Shown piece by piece: positions 20,633 to 29,694 of a stretch of 64,000 bases of DNA. The position numbers were made by a program, and so were the translations under genes. The notes below the pieces were generated by a model that saw only the letters and a program-made list of their open reading frames with translations, was not told the DNA's origin and did not search any database. The first letter of the stretch is position 1; every line of letters begins with the position of its first letter. This stretch comes from Patescibacteria group bacterium (GTDB lineage Bacteria; Patescibacteriota; Microgenomatia; Woykebacterales; 2-01-FULL-43-14), in assembly GCA_023485445.1 (NCBI GenBank), contig JAMCZT010000026.1:5708-69707 (forward strand), read 5' to 3'.

Positions 20633-21547
20633 ATGTTACCGAAAGTAGGGATAGTTCTTCTGAATTGGAATAGTTTCAAGGATAGTCAGAAATGCTTACA
20701 ATCTTTAAAAAAGATCAACTATTCGAATTATCAAATTTATTTAGTTGATAATGGTTCTAGTAATAAAGAAGGTGAGGCGTTGAAAAAAGAATTTCCAGAA
20801 ATCATCTTAATAAAAAATGAAAAAAATGAAGGATTCGCCAAGGGAAATAACATTGGGATTCGGAAAGCGCTTGGGGATGGTGCGAATTATGTTTTGCTGC
20901 TAAACACTGATACAACGGTTGATCCAAAATTTTTGTCAGAAATGGTTAAGGTGGGCAAGACTCACCTAGAAGCGGGGGTAATTGGTTCAAAGGTGTTTTT
21001 TATGGAACGGCCAGAAAAACTTATTCACTTTGGTTTGTATTTGGACGTCAATAATTCTAAGATCGTTTCTGATGGTTTTGATGGAAAAGACGAAGATTTT
21101 AAAGAAGTTAAAGAATATGATTACGTGGGGGGTTGTTGTCTGTTAATTAAGAAGGAAACAATTGATAAGGTAGGCTTGTTGGACGAACGCTTTTTTGCTT
21201 ATTTTGAAGAGTCGGATTGGTGTTTTCGGGTTAAGGAGATAGGACAAAAAGTTCTTGGGGCGCCAAAGGCTAAGATTTGGCACAAGATGCCATATCCGCC
21301 GATTGATAAAAGAGGGGCCTTTCAGAATTATCTAGTCACCAGGAACAGACTCCTTTTTACGAGAAAAAGGTTAAAAAGTGGATTTTTGAGATACTTCTTT
21401 AAGAGTATGCCGGATTATTTATTTATCCCAATGCTTAAAAGTATTGAGCATTTGACTTTAGATAGCACATTAGCATACTTGCTCGGGTACTTGGATTTTG
21501 TTACAAATAATTATAGTCAGAATAATTTAAAATTATTTTTGAAATGA
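20633..21547 (+). CDS. GT2 glycosyltransferase
   Basis: VLLNWN, VDNGS, GFAKGNN, FFAYFEESDWC. Confidence 0.87.
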   Translation: MLPKVGIVLLNWNSFKDSQKCLQSLKKINYSNYQIYLVDNGSSNKEGEALKKEFPEIILIKNEKNEGFAKGNNIGIRKALGDGANYVLLLNTDTTVDPKFLSEMVKVGKTHLEAGVIGSKVFFMERPEKLIHFGLYLDVNNSKIVSDGFDGKDEDFKEVKEYDYVGGCCLLIKKETIDKVGLLDERFFAYFEESDWCFRVKEIGQKVLGAPKAKIWHKMPYPPIDKRGAFQNYLVTRNRLLFTRKRLKSGFLRYFFKSMPDYLFIPMLKSIEHLTLDSTLAYLLGYLDFVTNNYSQNNLKLFLK

Positions 21548-21556
21548 GGTTGAGGA

Positions 21557-22726
21557 ATGAAGGTTGCTGTAATTTATCCGTTTCCCCCGCCAATTCAAGG
21601 CAACATTGCCCGCCTTCCGAATGGTTTAGTTACTGGGGGTGGCGAGACTTATCCGTTTTCTTTAGCGAACGCCTTATCAAATGCCGGCCACCGGGTTGAT
21701 TTCGTAACTGGCAAGTTACCTGGAATCGAGATTGATCAATTAAGTGTAAACAAAAACTTAAGAGTTTATTATTTAAAGCTATTTGGGCAACACTCTATCA
21801 TGAAAGCCTGGTCGCCAAAATTACCCACGATGTTGTTTACAGGGAAGTATGATCTTATTATTGCTAACCAGCTGCCGATTCTTTTCACAACAACAGGAGG
21901 GTTGATCAGTAAGTTAACAAAGTCTAAGATAGTAGTTTTACATTTAGGGTTTAATCCGAGATTTAATTTCAAATCATTGCTGCTTTCTAAGTTAAATGTA
22001 CCGTTGGTTGATCAGCTAGTGATCCCGAGCAGTACGGCTGGTGAGTTTTACAAAGGTATTGTTTCGAAAGAGAAAACAGTTACAATTCAATACGGACTAG
22101 ATACCACTTCATTTGTAGAATCAGAGATTCCGTGCGATCTAAAAGACAAATACAAAGGTAAGCTAGTTATTGGTTACATCGGCAGACTTTTGGCGAGCAA
22201 AGGTATTGATGTTTTAGTGCGCTCGGTAAGCCGACTAAGAAAGGAAGGTTTTAAAGTTAAATTATTAATTGGGGGAAAGGGACCCTTCTTAGATTACCTC
22301 CAAGATTTGGTGAAAAAAGAAAATTTAAACTCAGAAGTGGAGTTTTTAGGATTTATTCCCGAGGATAAAATAAACGTTTACTACTCATTGTTTGATGTTT
22401 TCGTTTTACCTTCCGTTTATAAAGATGCTCTAGGCGGTTACAATCCAGAGGCGGAGGCCTTTGGTTTGGTTTTAGGGGAAGCGATGGCTTGTAATACCCC
22501 GGTTATTGGCAGTTCTGTAGGTGGGATTGCATCGTGGGTTACGGATCGAGAGAACGGTTTATTATTTGAACCCGGAAACGATCAAGAACTCGCCGAAAAA
22601 ATTAAACTCCTTGTAAAAGATAAGAATTTTGCGAAAGAGATTTCTCAAAGAGCGAAGAAAATTTTAGAGGATAAATATTCTATGAAAGTAGTAGTTAAAG
22701 AATTTGAAAGGTTGGTTCAGGAGTGA
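21557..22726 (+). CDS. GT4 glycosyltransferase
   Basis: GRLLASKG, EAFGLVLGEAMAC. Confidence 0.88.
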   Translation: MKVAVIYPFPPPIQGNIARLPNGLVTGGGETYPFSLANALSNAGHRVDFVTGKLPGIEIDQLSVNKNLRVYYLKLFGQHSIMKAWSPKLPTMLFTGKYDLIIANQLPILFTTTGGLISKLTKSKIVVLHLGFNPRFNFKSLLLSKLNVPLVDQLVIPSSTAGEFYKGIVSKEKTVTIQYGLDTTSFVESEIPCDLKDKYKGKLVIGYIGRLLASKGIDVLVRSVSRLRKEGFKVKLLIGGKGPFLDYLQDLVKKENLNSEVEFLGFIPEDKINVYYSLFDVFVLPSVYKDALGGYNPEAEAFGLVLGEAMACNTPVIGSSVGGIASWVTDRENGLLFEPGNDQELAEKIKLLVKDKNFAKEISQRAKKILEDKYSMKVVVKEFERLVQE

Positions 22727-23901
22727 AAATTGCACAAATATCTTACCTTTACTATCCTTCAATTGGAGGGGTGGAAAGCCACGTTAAAAATTTATCAGAG
22801 CAACTTGTCGCCAGAGGTCATCGAGTAGAGGTTTTTACTAGTGATTTTGATTCATTACAATTAAAAAAAAGGATTATTGTAAAAGAAGAAAATGTCAATG
22901 GAGTTGTGATGCACCGTTTTCCTGGTAAACAAATAAGAGGAAAAAACTTTTTTGCCCAGAAGCTTAGCTTTGGACCAATTAAAAAGGTATTATTATCTGG
23001 CGATTTCGATGTAATACATTGTCATTCTATTCCTTCTGACCACTTTAGACAAGCGTTTGAAGTAGCAAAAAGTTCAAACAAAAAAATATTTGTGACACCT
23101 CATTTTAGTCCCAATGATTTGGAAAAAACGTTCAAAACTTTTCTTACTCCCTGGTACTGGCGTTTGTTTTTAATTCCAAAATTGAAACGGATAAATCGTC
23201 TGTTTGCAGTTTCACCGAGCGAGAAAAAGGCTTTTCAAAAACTTACAGATATTTCTGAAGACAAGTTAACTGTTATTCCTAACGGAGTAGATATTAAAGA
23301 GATTCAGAGTGTAACTGAGAAAGAGATAAAAGAGTTTAAGAAAAAAAACATTGATCCTGCAAAGAAATTAATTCTTTTTGTAGGCCGTATCGTACTTGCT
23401 AAGGGGATAGATACCCTGATAGAGGCAGTTAATAAATTATCAGACCAAAAGATTCAAGTTTTAATTATTGGCCCAGTAGGAGACATTGAGTACTATCAAA
23501 GGCTAAAAAAGCTTATTAGTGACTATAATCTAGTTAATACAGTTTTTATTAAAGAATTCTCGCGAAGGGAAGTATTAATTGCTTTTCACGCATGCGATGT
23601 TTTTGTTTTGCCTACTAGGGGAGAAGTGTTTGGAATTGTTTTAGCGGAGGCAATGGCTTGTGAGAAACCCGTGATTGGAAGTAGGGTAGGTGGAATACCT
23701 GATTTGATAAAAGATGGAGTAACCGGTTATCTATTTGAATCTGAAAATAGTGAAGATTTAGCTCAAAAAATAAGCGATGTTTTAAATAATTCTTCAGAAG
23801 GCATTAACGTTGGTAAATTAGCTAAAGAAGAAATTGAAAAAAATTATAATTGGGAGCGAATTTCAATAAAAATAGAGAAAAATTATTTTAATAGTGATTA
23901 A
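22723..23901 (+). CDS. GT4 glycosyltransferase
   Basis: GGVE, IPNGVD, GRIVLAKG, EVFGIVLAEAMAC. Confidence 0.88.
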   Translation: MKIAQISYLYYPSIGGVESHVKNLSEQLVARGHRVEVFTSDFDSLQLKKRIIVKEENVNGVVMHRFPGKQIRGKNFFAQKLSFGPIKKVLLSGDFDVIHCHSIPSDHFRQAFEVAKSSNKKIFVTPHFSPNDLEKTFKTFLTPWYWRLFLIPKLKRINRLFAVSPSEKKAFQKLTDISEDKLTVIPNGVDIKEIQSVTEKEIKEFKKKNIDPAKKLILFVGRIVLAKGIDTLIEAVNKLSDQKIQVLIIGPVGDIEYYQRLKKLISDYNLVNTVFIKEFSRREVLIAFHACDVFVLPTRGEVFGIVLAEAMACEKPVIGSRVGGIPDLIKDGVTGYLFESENSEDLAQKISDVLNNSSEGINVGKLAKEEIEKNYNWERISIKIEKNYFNSD

Positions 23902-23914
23902 ATAAGGGGGTTAC

Positions 23915-24913
23915 ATGGAAAAAATTAGATGTAAGATGTGCGGATCTTTGGAAACAGACGTTTTTTATGAGGACGTTAAAGGTTATGGAATTGAAAAGTG
24001 TTTTGACTTGCGTAAATGTTCTAGTTGTAAAACAATCTTCACGTATCCTTTTCTTTCTGATGAAATTTTGAGTACGTATTACGACACTCAACAGGTAGCT
24101 TTTAATGGTTTAGGTACTGATTATTTAGTTATAGATTACCTTAAGCATCGAGAAAAATATTGGAAAGACTTGGGTTATATAGGAAGAGTGAAAGAGATTT
24201 TGAAATTTTATCCTGAGGCAAAAAGTATTCTTGACGTTGGTTGTGGGGCAGGTTTCTTTCTTGATTGTGCTCGGGAAAATGGCTTAGAGACTTTTGGTTT
24301 AGAAATTTCGAATTGGGGATTTGGCGTTGCATCAAGAGAGCTTAAGCTAAACGTTTTAAAATCAACACTAGCAAAAATTGGTCCCAAGGTTCTTCCCCCT
24401 TTAGATGTTATTACTATGTACGATGTTTTGGAACATTCTGATAATCCTGTTAGAGATATGAATTTATCATATAATATGTTGAAAAAAGGTGGTATTGTAG
24501 TGATAAATGTTCCAAACGTTGATAGCTTTATTTCTCATTTGACGAAAAAGTATTGGAATAAACTCATCCCCCCTAATCATACTTTTCATTTTAGTGCTGA
24601 AACTTTAACTAAATTGCTTACAAAAACCAGATTTAGAGTGATTGCAATGAGTACTAACAACGGTGACTCAGGCGAGCTGGTTGGGGAGGTGGCAAGCACT
24701 CCGTGGAGACTAATAGGTAGGGTTTTTTCTCACGTTGAAAACGCATATTCTCTTCGAATGGAACCTATTAGTCAGCACAAAAATATTACGTTAGCGTTGG
24801 TAAAAGGAAGCAGAAAAACTTTTTCCCAGTTTAGATTTGTTGGAGATATTATAAAACCACTACTAATAAAGTATAATAAGGGGGAAGGTCTGCATATTAT
24901 TGTTCAGAAATAA
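23915..24913 (+). CDS. SAM-dependent methyltransferase with N-terminal Cys (Zn-ribbon-like) motif
   Basis: CKMC...CSSC, ILDVGCGAG, YDVLEH, NVPN. Confidence 0.85.
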   Translation: MEKIRCKMCGSLETDVFYEDVKGYGIEKCFDLRKCSSCKTIFTYPFLSDEILSTYYDTQQVAFNGLGTDYLVIDYLKHREKYWKDLGYIGRVKEILKFYPEAKSILDVGCGAGFFLDCARENGLETFGLEISNWGFGVASRELKLNVLKSTLAKIGPKVLPPLDVITMYDVLEHSDNPVRDMNLSYNMLKKGGIVVINVPNVDSFISHLTKKYWNKLIPPNHTFHFSAETLTKLLTKTRFRVIAMSTNNGDSGELVGEVASTPWRLIGRVFSHVENAYSLRMEPISQHKNITLALVKGSRKTFSQFRFVGDIIKPLLIKYNKGEGLHIIVQK

Positions 24914-24916
24914 AAA

Positions 24917-25846
24917 ATGGTTAAAGTTTCTGTAATCACGACATTTAAAAACGAAAGCAAAGCAATCAAGGAGTTTTTGGACTCGCTGTTAAATCAATCA
25001 AGGAAACCAGACGAAATAGTATTTTGTGATGGAAACTCTTCGGATCAAACAGTCGAAATTATTCGCCAATACAACACTCATGGAATTCCTTTGAAATTAG
25101 TTAGTAAATCTGGCGGAATTTCTGTGGGGCGTAACGCAGCAATTAAGGCGGCTAGTTTTGATATTATTGCTTGCACTGATGTCGGCTGTCGCCTTTTAAA
25201 TGATTGGTTGGAAAATATAATCAGACCGTTTGAAGAAAATTCAAAGGTGTATGTTGTATCAGGACTTTTTAAACCAGATCCCAAAACCTTTTTTGAAAGT
25301 GTTTCTTCTTCCCTACTGCTTTCCGATCATGACAACTTAGACCTAAAAAACTGGCTTCCTTCAAGTCGTTCGATCGCGTTTAAAAAAGAAGCTTGGAAAA
25401 AAGTGGGAGGTTATCCAGAATCTATACCTTTTGCTGGAGAAGATACTTTGTTTGATCTTAATCTAAAAAAGGCAGGTTTTGAATTCGTGTTAGCAAAAGA
25501 TGCTATAGTTTATTGGCGCCCGCGTAAAAATATTAAAGAATTTTTCGATCAATATAAAAATTACTCATTTGGGGATGGTTTAGCAAGAACAAATACAAAA
25601 AATTATTTTAGAAAAATTTATTTTTATATAATTTTAATTTGTTTAATTCTTACTGGTATTTTTAGTAATACGCTTATTTTAGTAACTGCTATGCTTATTA
25701 TTATTTTATATTGGTTAAGGCGCAGTAGACACATGTGGAGAAAGAACTTAGTTATTACCTGGTTAGCTTACGCGCCTTTAATAATAACTACAAAAGATGT
25801 AGCCGATGCGATTGGATTTACGAAAGGCTATTTCGGCCATGAATAA
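24917..25846 (+). CDS. GT2 glycosyltransferase with C-terminal TM segment
   Basis: KNE, DGNSSD, GRNAAI, TDVG, GEDT. Confidence 0.83.
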   Translation: MVKVSVITTFKNESKAIKEFLDSLLNQSRKPDEIVFCDGNSSDQTVEIIRQYNTHGIPLKLVSKSGGISVGRNAAIKAASFDIIACTDVGCRLLNDWLENIIRPFEENSKVYVVSGLFKPDPKTFFESVSSSLLLSDHDNLDLKNWLPSSRSIAFKKEAWKKVGGYPESIPFAGEDTLFDLNLKKAGFEFVLAKDAIVYWRPRKNIKEFFDQYKNYSFGDGLARTNTKNYFRKIYFYIILICLILTGIFSNTLILVTAMLIIILYWLRRSRHMWRKNLVITWLAYAPLIITTKDVADAIGFTKGYFGHE

Positions 25847-26591
25847 AATTTCGGTTGTAGTAATTGCTAAAAATGAAGAGAAAAATATAAAAGATTGTTT
25901 AAACTCTGTAGGATGGGCAGACCAAAAAATAGTAGTTATTGATTCTTCCAGCGAAGACAAAACTGAAAACATTGCGAGGAAGTTTGCGGATAGTGTTTAT
26001 GTTAGGATGTGGGAAGGTTACGGAGGTCAGAAAAACTTTGGTATCGAGAAAGCAAAAAACGAATGGATCTTTAATCTAGACGCAGATGAACGAGTTTCTT
26101 CAGAGTTGAGTTATGAAATTCAGACAACTTTAAAAGAGTCTCCTGAGGTTGATGGTTATTATATTCCGTTTAAGAACTACATTGGTAATCGTTGGTTAAA
26201 ACATGGAGGACTTTACCCCGATTACCACTTGCGCCTTTTCAGAAAAAGATGTGGTGTATTTGAAGGTAGATACGGAGGAAAGGTTCATGAACAGGTTCAT
26301 CTAAAAAAAGTAGGTTATCTAAAAGGATCGGTTGAGCACTACACCTACAAGAATCTTGGGGACTACCTCGCCAAAGTAAGAAAATATGCGACTTTAGAGG
26401 CGGAAGATTCTATTGCTAAAAAAGATGTGTTAAAATGGAAAGAGACGATTAAGCCTGTTTTGAGGTTTCTAAAAATTTATTTCTTCCAGAGGGGTTTCTT
26501 AGATGGTTGGTTTGGTTTTATAAACGCCTTAATGTTGTCTTATTACTTGACTTATAAACTTTATAAAATAAAAAAGATTAAACAAAAATGA
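25839..26591 (+). CDS. GT2 glycosyltransferase (KdtX/WaaE-like)
   Basis: IAKNEE, LDADER, VHE; paralogous to 14727-15479. Confidence 0.85.
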   Translation: MNKISVVVIAKNEEKNIKDCLNSVGWADQKIVVIDSSSEDKTENIARKFADSVYVRMWEGYGGQKNFGIEKAKNEWIFNLDADERVSSELSYEIQTTLKESPEVDGYYIPFKNYIGNRWLKHGGLYPDYHLRLFRKRCGVFEGRYGGKVHEQVHLKKVGYLKGSVEHYTYKNLGDYLAKVRKYATLEAEDSIAKKDVLKWKETIKPVLRFLKIYFFQRGFLDGWFGFINALMLSYYLTYKLYKIKKIKQK

Positions 26592-27688
26592 AAATTGGTC
26601 ATGTTTGTACAGAATATAAACCCATAAAAGGTGGGGCAGAAACTTATTTGGCGAATTTATGTAAGATTCTTGCCGAGTATGGCTGTACTCAAACAGTTTA
26701 TCAGTTTAACAGCGGTGTACAGGAGAAAGGTTTAACGTTAATTCCACACGCCTTTAAGGTACTGAAAGGGGGACGAGCTTTAGATCTCTGGTGGTTTAAT
26801 CTAGCGCTTCTTACGAAGTTTGTTAGGCTTAAAAGTGAAGATTTAGTTATTTGTCATTACGCTTTCCATTCATTACCTTTATGGTGGAAGAAAAAGGTTA
26901 TTGTTTTATCTCATGGATGTGAGTGGGATATTCCTCCTACTTCGCTTTCACAAAAGTTAAAGATAGCTATTGCAAAACATTCCTTTACTCATTTTAAATA
27001 TCTGGTTGCTAACGACACTAATTATTTCCGACAAATGGGGATTGACGTTAAACCTAAGACAAAAATGTTTGAAGAAGTTTTACCCGGAAAGTGGTTTATT
27101 CCCAACTGTGTTGATACCGAATACTTTAAACCTGCTGACCCTGTTTCTGATTTTCCTCAACACTCAATTTTAGTTCCGCGCAATATTTCTCGACCTCGCG
27201 GTATCCATTTGGCAATTCAGGCTTTTGCAAAATTCCACGTTGATTTTCCTGAAACGAACCTTGTAATAGTGGGAGATTTTTTTGACCTAAATTATAAACA
27301 GGAATTATTTAAGTTAATTAATCAAGAAAAGTTAAAAGAGAAAGTATTTTTTAAAGGCAGCATTGATTGGAAAAAAATGCCTCAAGTTTATTCTGCTTCT
27401 GAAATGACAATTATTCCAACTCTCCAACGAGAGGGGACTTCGCTAGCCGCTTTGGAAAGTATGAGTTGTGGGATAGCTACCGTCTCGACAAACGCACAAG
27501 GTTTAGTGGATTTACCTACCGATCAATCTGATCCTAACTCTGAGGATCTTTCTAATGTCATGAAGAAAACTTACCAAAATCGTAATGTTGTTAGTAAGAA
27601 GCAGCAGCAAAAAGTTAAAGATATTTACAATCTGGAAAATTGGAAAAATGCCTGGTTGAAAGTAGTAAAAGAAGCACAAAAGTGCTAA
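26588..27688 (+). CDS. GT4 glycosyltransferase
   Basis: GGAE, IPNCVD, EGTSLAALESMSCG. Confidence 0.83.
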   Translation: MKIGHVCTEYKPIKGGAETYLANLCKILAEYGCTQTVYQFNSGVQEKGLTLIPHAFKVLKGGRALDLWWFNLALLTKFVRLKSEDLVICHYAFHSLPLWWKKKVIVLSHGCEWDIPPTSLSQKLKIAIAKHSFTHFKYLVANDTNYFRQMGIDVKPKTKMFEEVLPGKWFIPNCVDTEYFKPADPVSDFPQHSILVPRNISRPRGIHLAIQAFAKFHVDFPETNLVIVGDFFDLNYKQELFKLINQEKLKEKVFFKGSIDWKKMPQVYSASEMTIIPTLQREGTSLAALESMSCGIATVSTNAQGLVDLPTDQSDPNSEDLSNVMKKTYQNRNVVSKKQQQKVKDIYNLENWKNAWLKVVKEAQKC

Positions 27689-27703
27689 ATAGAGGGTACT
27701 TTA

Positions 27704-28849
27704 ATGAAGATAGCAATTAACACCTTGGCAATGAAATCAACTTACCATGGAATGGGTCGGTACTTAAAAAATTTACTAGAGAACTTGTATCTTCTGGATA
27801 AGGAGAATGAGTATCTTCTTTACGTCTCAAAGGAGAATAAGAAGTTAATCGAGAGCTTTTTTACTCCGAACACAAAAGCCAAAGAGATAAATATTCCTAC
27901 TTCGTTAAGAATTCTTTGGGAACATACATTCTTGCCGTTAGATCTGAAAAAAGAAAAAGTTGATGTGTACTTCGGACCTTCGCATATATTACCAATTGTG
28001 AAAGCAACGAAAGAGGTTGTCACGATTCATGATATGACCTGGTTTAGCCAGGCTAATAAACACACTAAGTTCAAGCGCCTTTACTTTCAAAACCTAGTAC
28101 CGATATCAATTAAACAGGCCGATTTGGTACTTGCTGACTCTGAAGCAACAAAAAATGATATTATCGAAATTACCAAAGTGCCTCCTCTTAAAGTAGAGGT
28201 AGCCTACTTAGGTGTTGATGATTATTTCCGAAAAGCGCCTGAAAAGGAGATAGAACGAGTGCGAGAGAAATACCATCTTCACAAACCTTACATTTTTGAT
28301 GTAGGGGTGATTGAGCCTCGTAAAAACATTTTAGGCTTAATAGAAGCTTACTTCAAAATTCTAAAAAAGGACTCTCAATTTCCTTACGATTTAGCTATTG
28401 CTGGAGGGAAAGGATACGGATGGAATAATGAAGAAATTTTCACCTTTGTTAATAGTAAGAAGCTTGATAATAGAGTCCTTTTCCTCGATGCTGTGCCTGA
28501 CGAAGATTTACCACCACTCCTTTCCGGGGCAGCGTTATTCGTTTACCCTTCTTTTTATGAAGGCTTCGGTTTGCCTATCCTAGAAGCGATGAAATGCGGG
28601 GTGCCGGTTGTTACCTCAAAAATATCGTCACTTACTGAAGTCGGTGGTGAAGCAGCCTTTTATGTTGATCCAAATGACGTCGGCTCGATTAGTCAAGCAA
28701 TAGAATTAGTTCTAAAGGACAAAAAGAAACAGCGAGAAATGGTCGATAAGGGTTTTGTTCAGTCGGGACTCTTTACGTGGCAAAAAACTGCAGAAAAGAC
28801 ATTAGAAGCGTTTTCTAAAATAGTCAATATAAAAAGGAAAAATGATTAA
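27704..28849 (+). CDS. GT4 glycosyltransferase (mannosyltransferase-like)
   Basis: TIHD, EPRKN, YPSFYEGFGLPILEAM. Confidence 0.88.
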   Translation: MKIAINTLAMKSTYHGMGRYLKNLLENLYLLDKENEYLLYVSKENKKLIESFFTPNTKAKEINIPTSLRILWEHTFLPLDLKKEKVDVYFGPSHILPIVKATKEVVTIHDMTWFSQANKHTKFKRLYFQNLVPISIKQADLVLADSEATKNDIIEITKVPPLKVEVAYLGVDDYFRKAPEKEIERVREKYHLHKPYIFDVGVIEPRKNILGLIEAYFKILKKDSQFPYDLAIAGGKGYGWNNEEIFTFVNSKKLDNRVLFLDAVPDEDLPPLLSGAALFVYPSFYEGFGLPILEAMKCGVPVVTSKISSLTEVGGEAAFYVDPNDVGSISQAIELVLKDKKKQREMVDKGFVQSGLFTWQKTAEKTLEAFSKIVNIKRKND

Positions 28850-29405
28850 AGAAATTATAAAGGAGTTTGAAAAAAGTATAGAAGTTAAAACATCTTCAAA
28901 AGAATTACTTCCTGAAAAAATCAGCAAAGCTGCAAAGCTATTAATAGATTCTTATAAACGAGGCGGAAAGATGGTTTTATGTGGTAACGGTGGAAGTGCT
29001 GCCGATGCCCAGCACATTGCAGCAGAAATGATTGGCCGGTTTGAAAAAGAACGTTCTTCTTTACCAGCTTTAGCTTTGACGAGCAATACTTCGATTCTTA
29101 CTTGCCTTGGAAATGATTATAGTTATGATGAGATATTTGCACGGCAGGTAAGATCAATGGTAGAATCTAAAGACGTGCTAGTGGCAATTAGTACGAGTGG
29201 AAACTCCTCCAATGTTAATAAAGCAGTTTTGGCGGCGAAAGAAAAGGGAGCCAAAACAATAGGCTTAACTGGGAAGGATGGTGGAGACTTAGCTAGATTG
29301 GTCAATATCGCTATCGTTGTACCTTCTTCGATTACTGCTCGGATTCAAGAAACTCATATTACGATTGGTCATATTTTATGTCAATTAGTTGAAGAAAGTT
29401 TATGA
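28842..29405 (+). CDS. gmhA: Sedoheptulose-7-phosphate isomerase
   Basis: CGNGGSAADAQH, GNDY, STSGNS, ARIQETH. Confidence 0.94.
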   Translation: MIKEIIKEFEKSIEVKTSSKELLPEKISKAAKLLIDSYKRGGKMVLCGNGGSAADAQHIAAEMIGRFEKERSSLPALALTSNTSILTCLGNDYSYDEIFARQVRSMVESKDVLVAISTSGNSSNVNKAVLAAKEKGAKTIGLTGKDGGDLARLVNIAIVVPSSITARIQETHITIGHILCQLVEESL

Positions 29406-29646
29406 AAAAAGGCTTTCTGACGAAGTGGTTTAGTTTTAACTGGTAGGAAAGAAGGATGTAAGTAACTTGAAGGTATTCCGATTTTATCGTCGAAAATTTT
29501 GAGTTGATTGAGTGGATTTTGAAAATGATAAAAAAATTAAAAAAATAAAGAGTACGTCGAAAGACAGTTTGTTCGAAGCAATGGGGATTGTCATTTCTGC
29601 TGTTAGTATTGCAATGGGTAAGTTAGAAAATTCCACTGTTAGATGA
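29402..29646 (+). pseudogene. Remnants of heptose-pathway genes (gmhB-like and hldE/rfaE kinase-like C-termini)
   Basis: ATG overlaps the gmhA stop (ATGA); fragments LVLTG...DFIVEN and DSLFEAMGIVISAVSIAMGKLENSTV (29563-29640), interrupted by stops. Confidence 0.45.
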
Positions 29647-29694
29647 GCTACTAAAAACTGTAAGTTAACGAATTTTTCTTTAAGGAGTCTGCCT

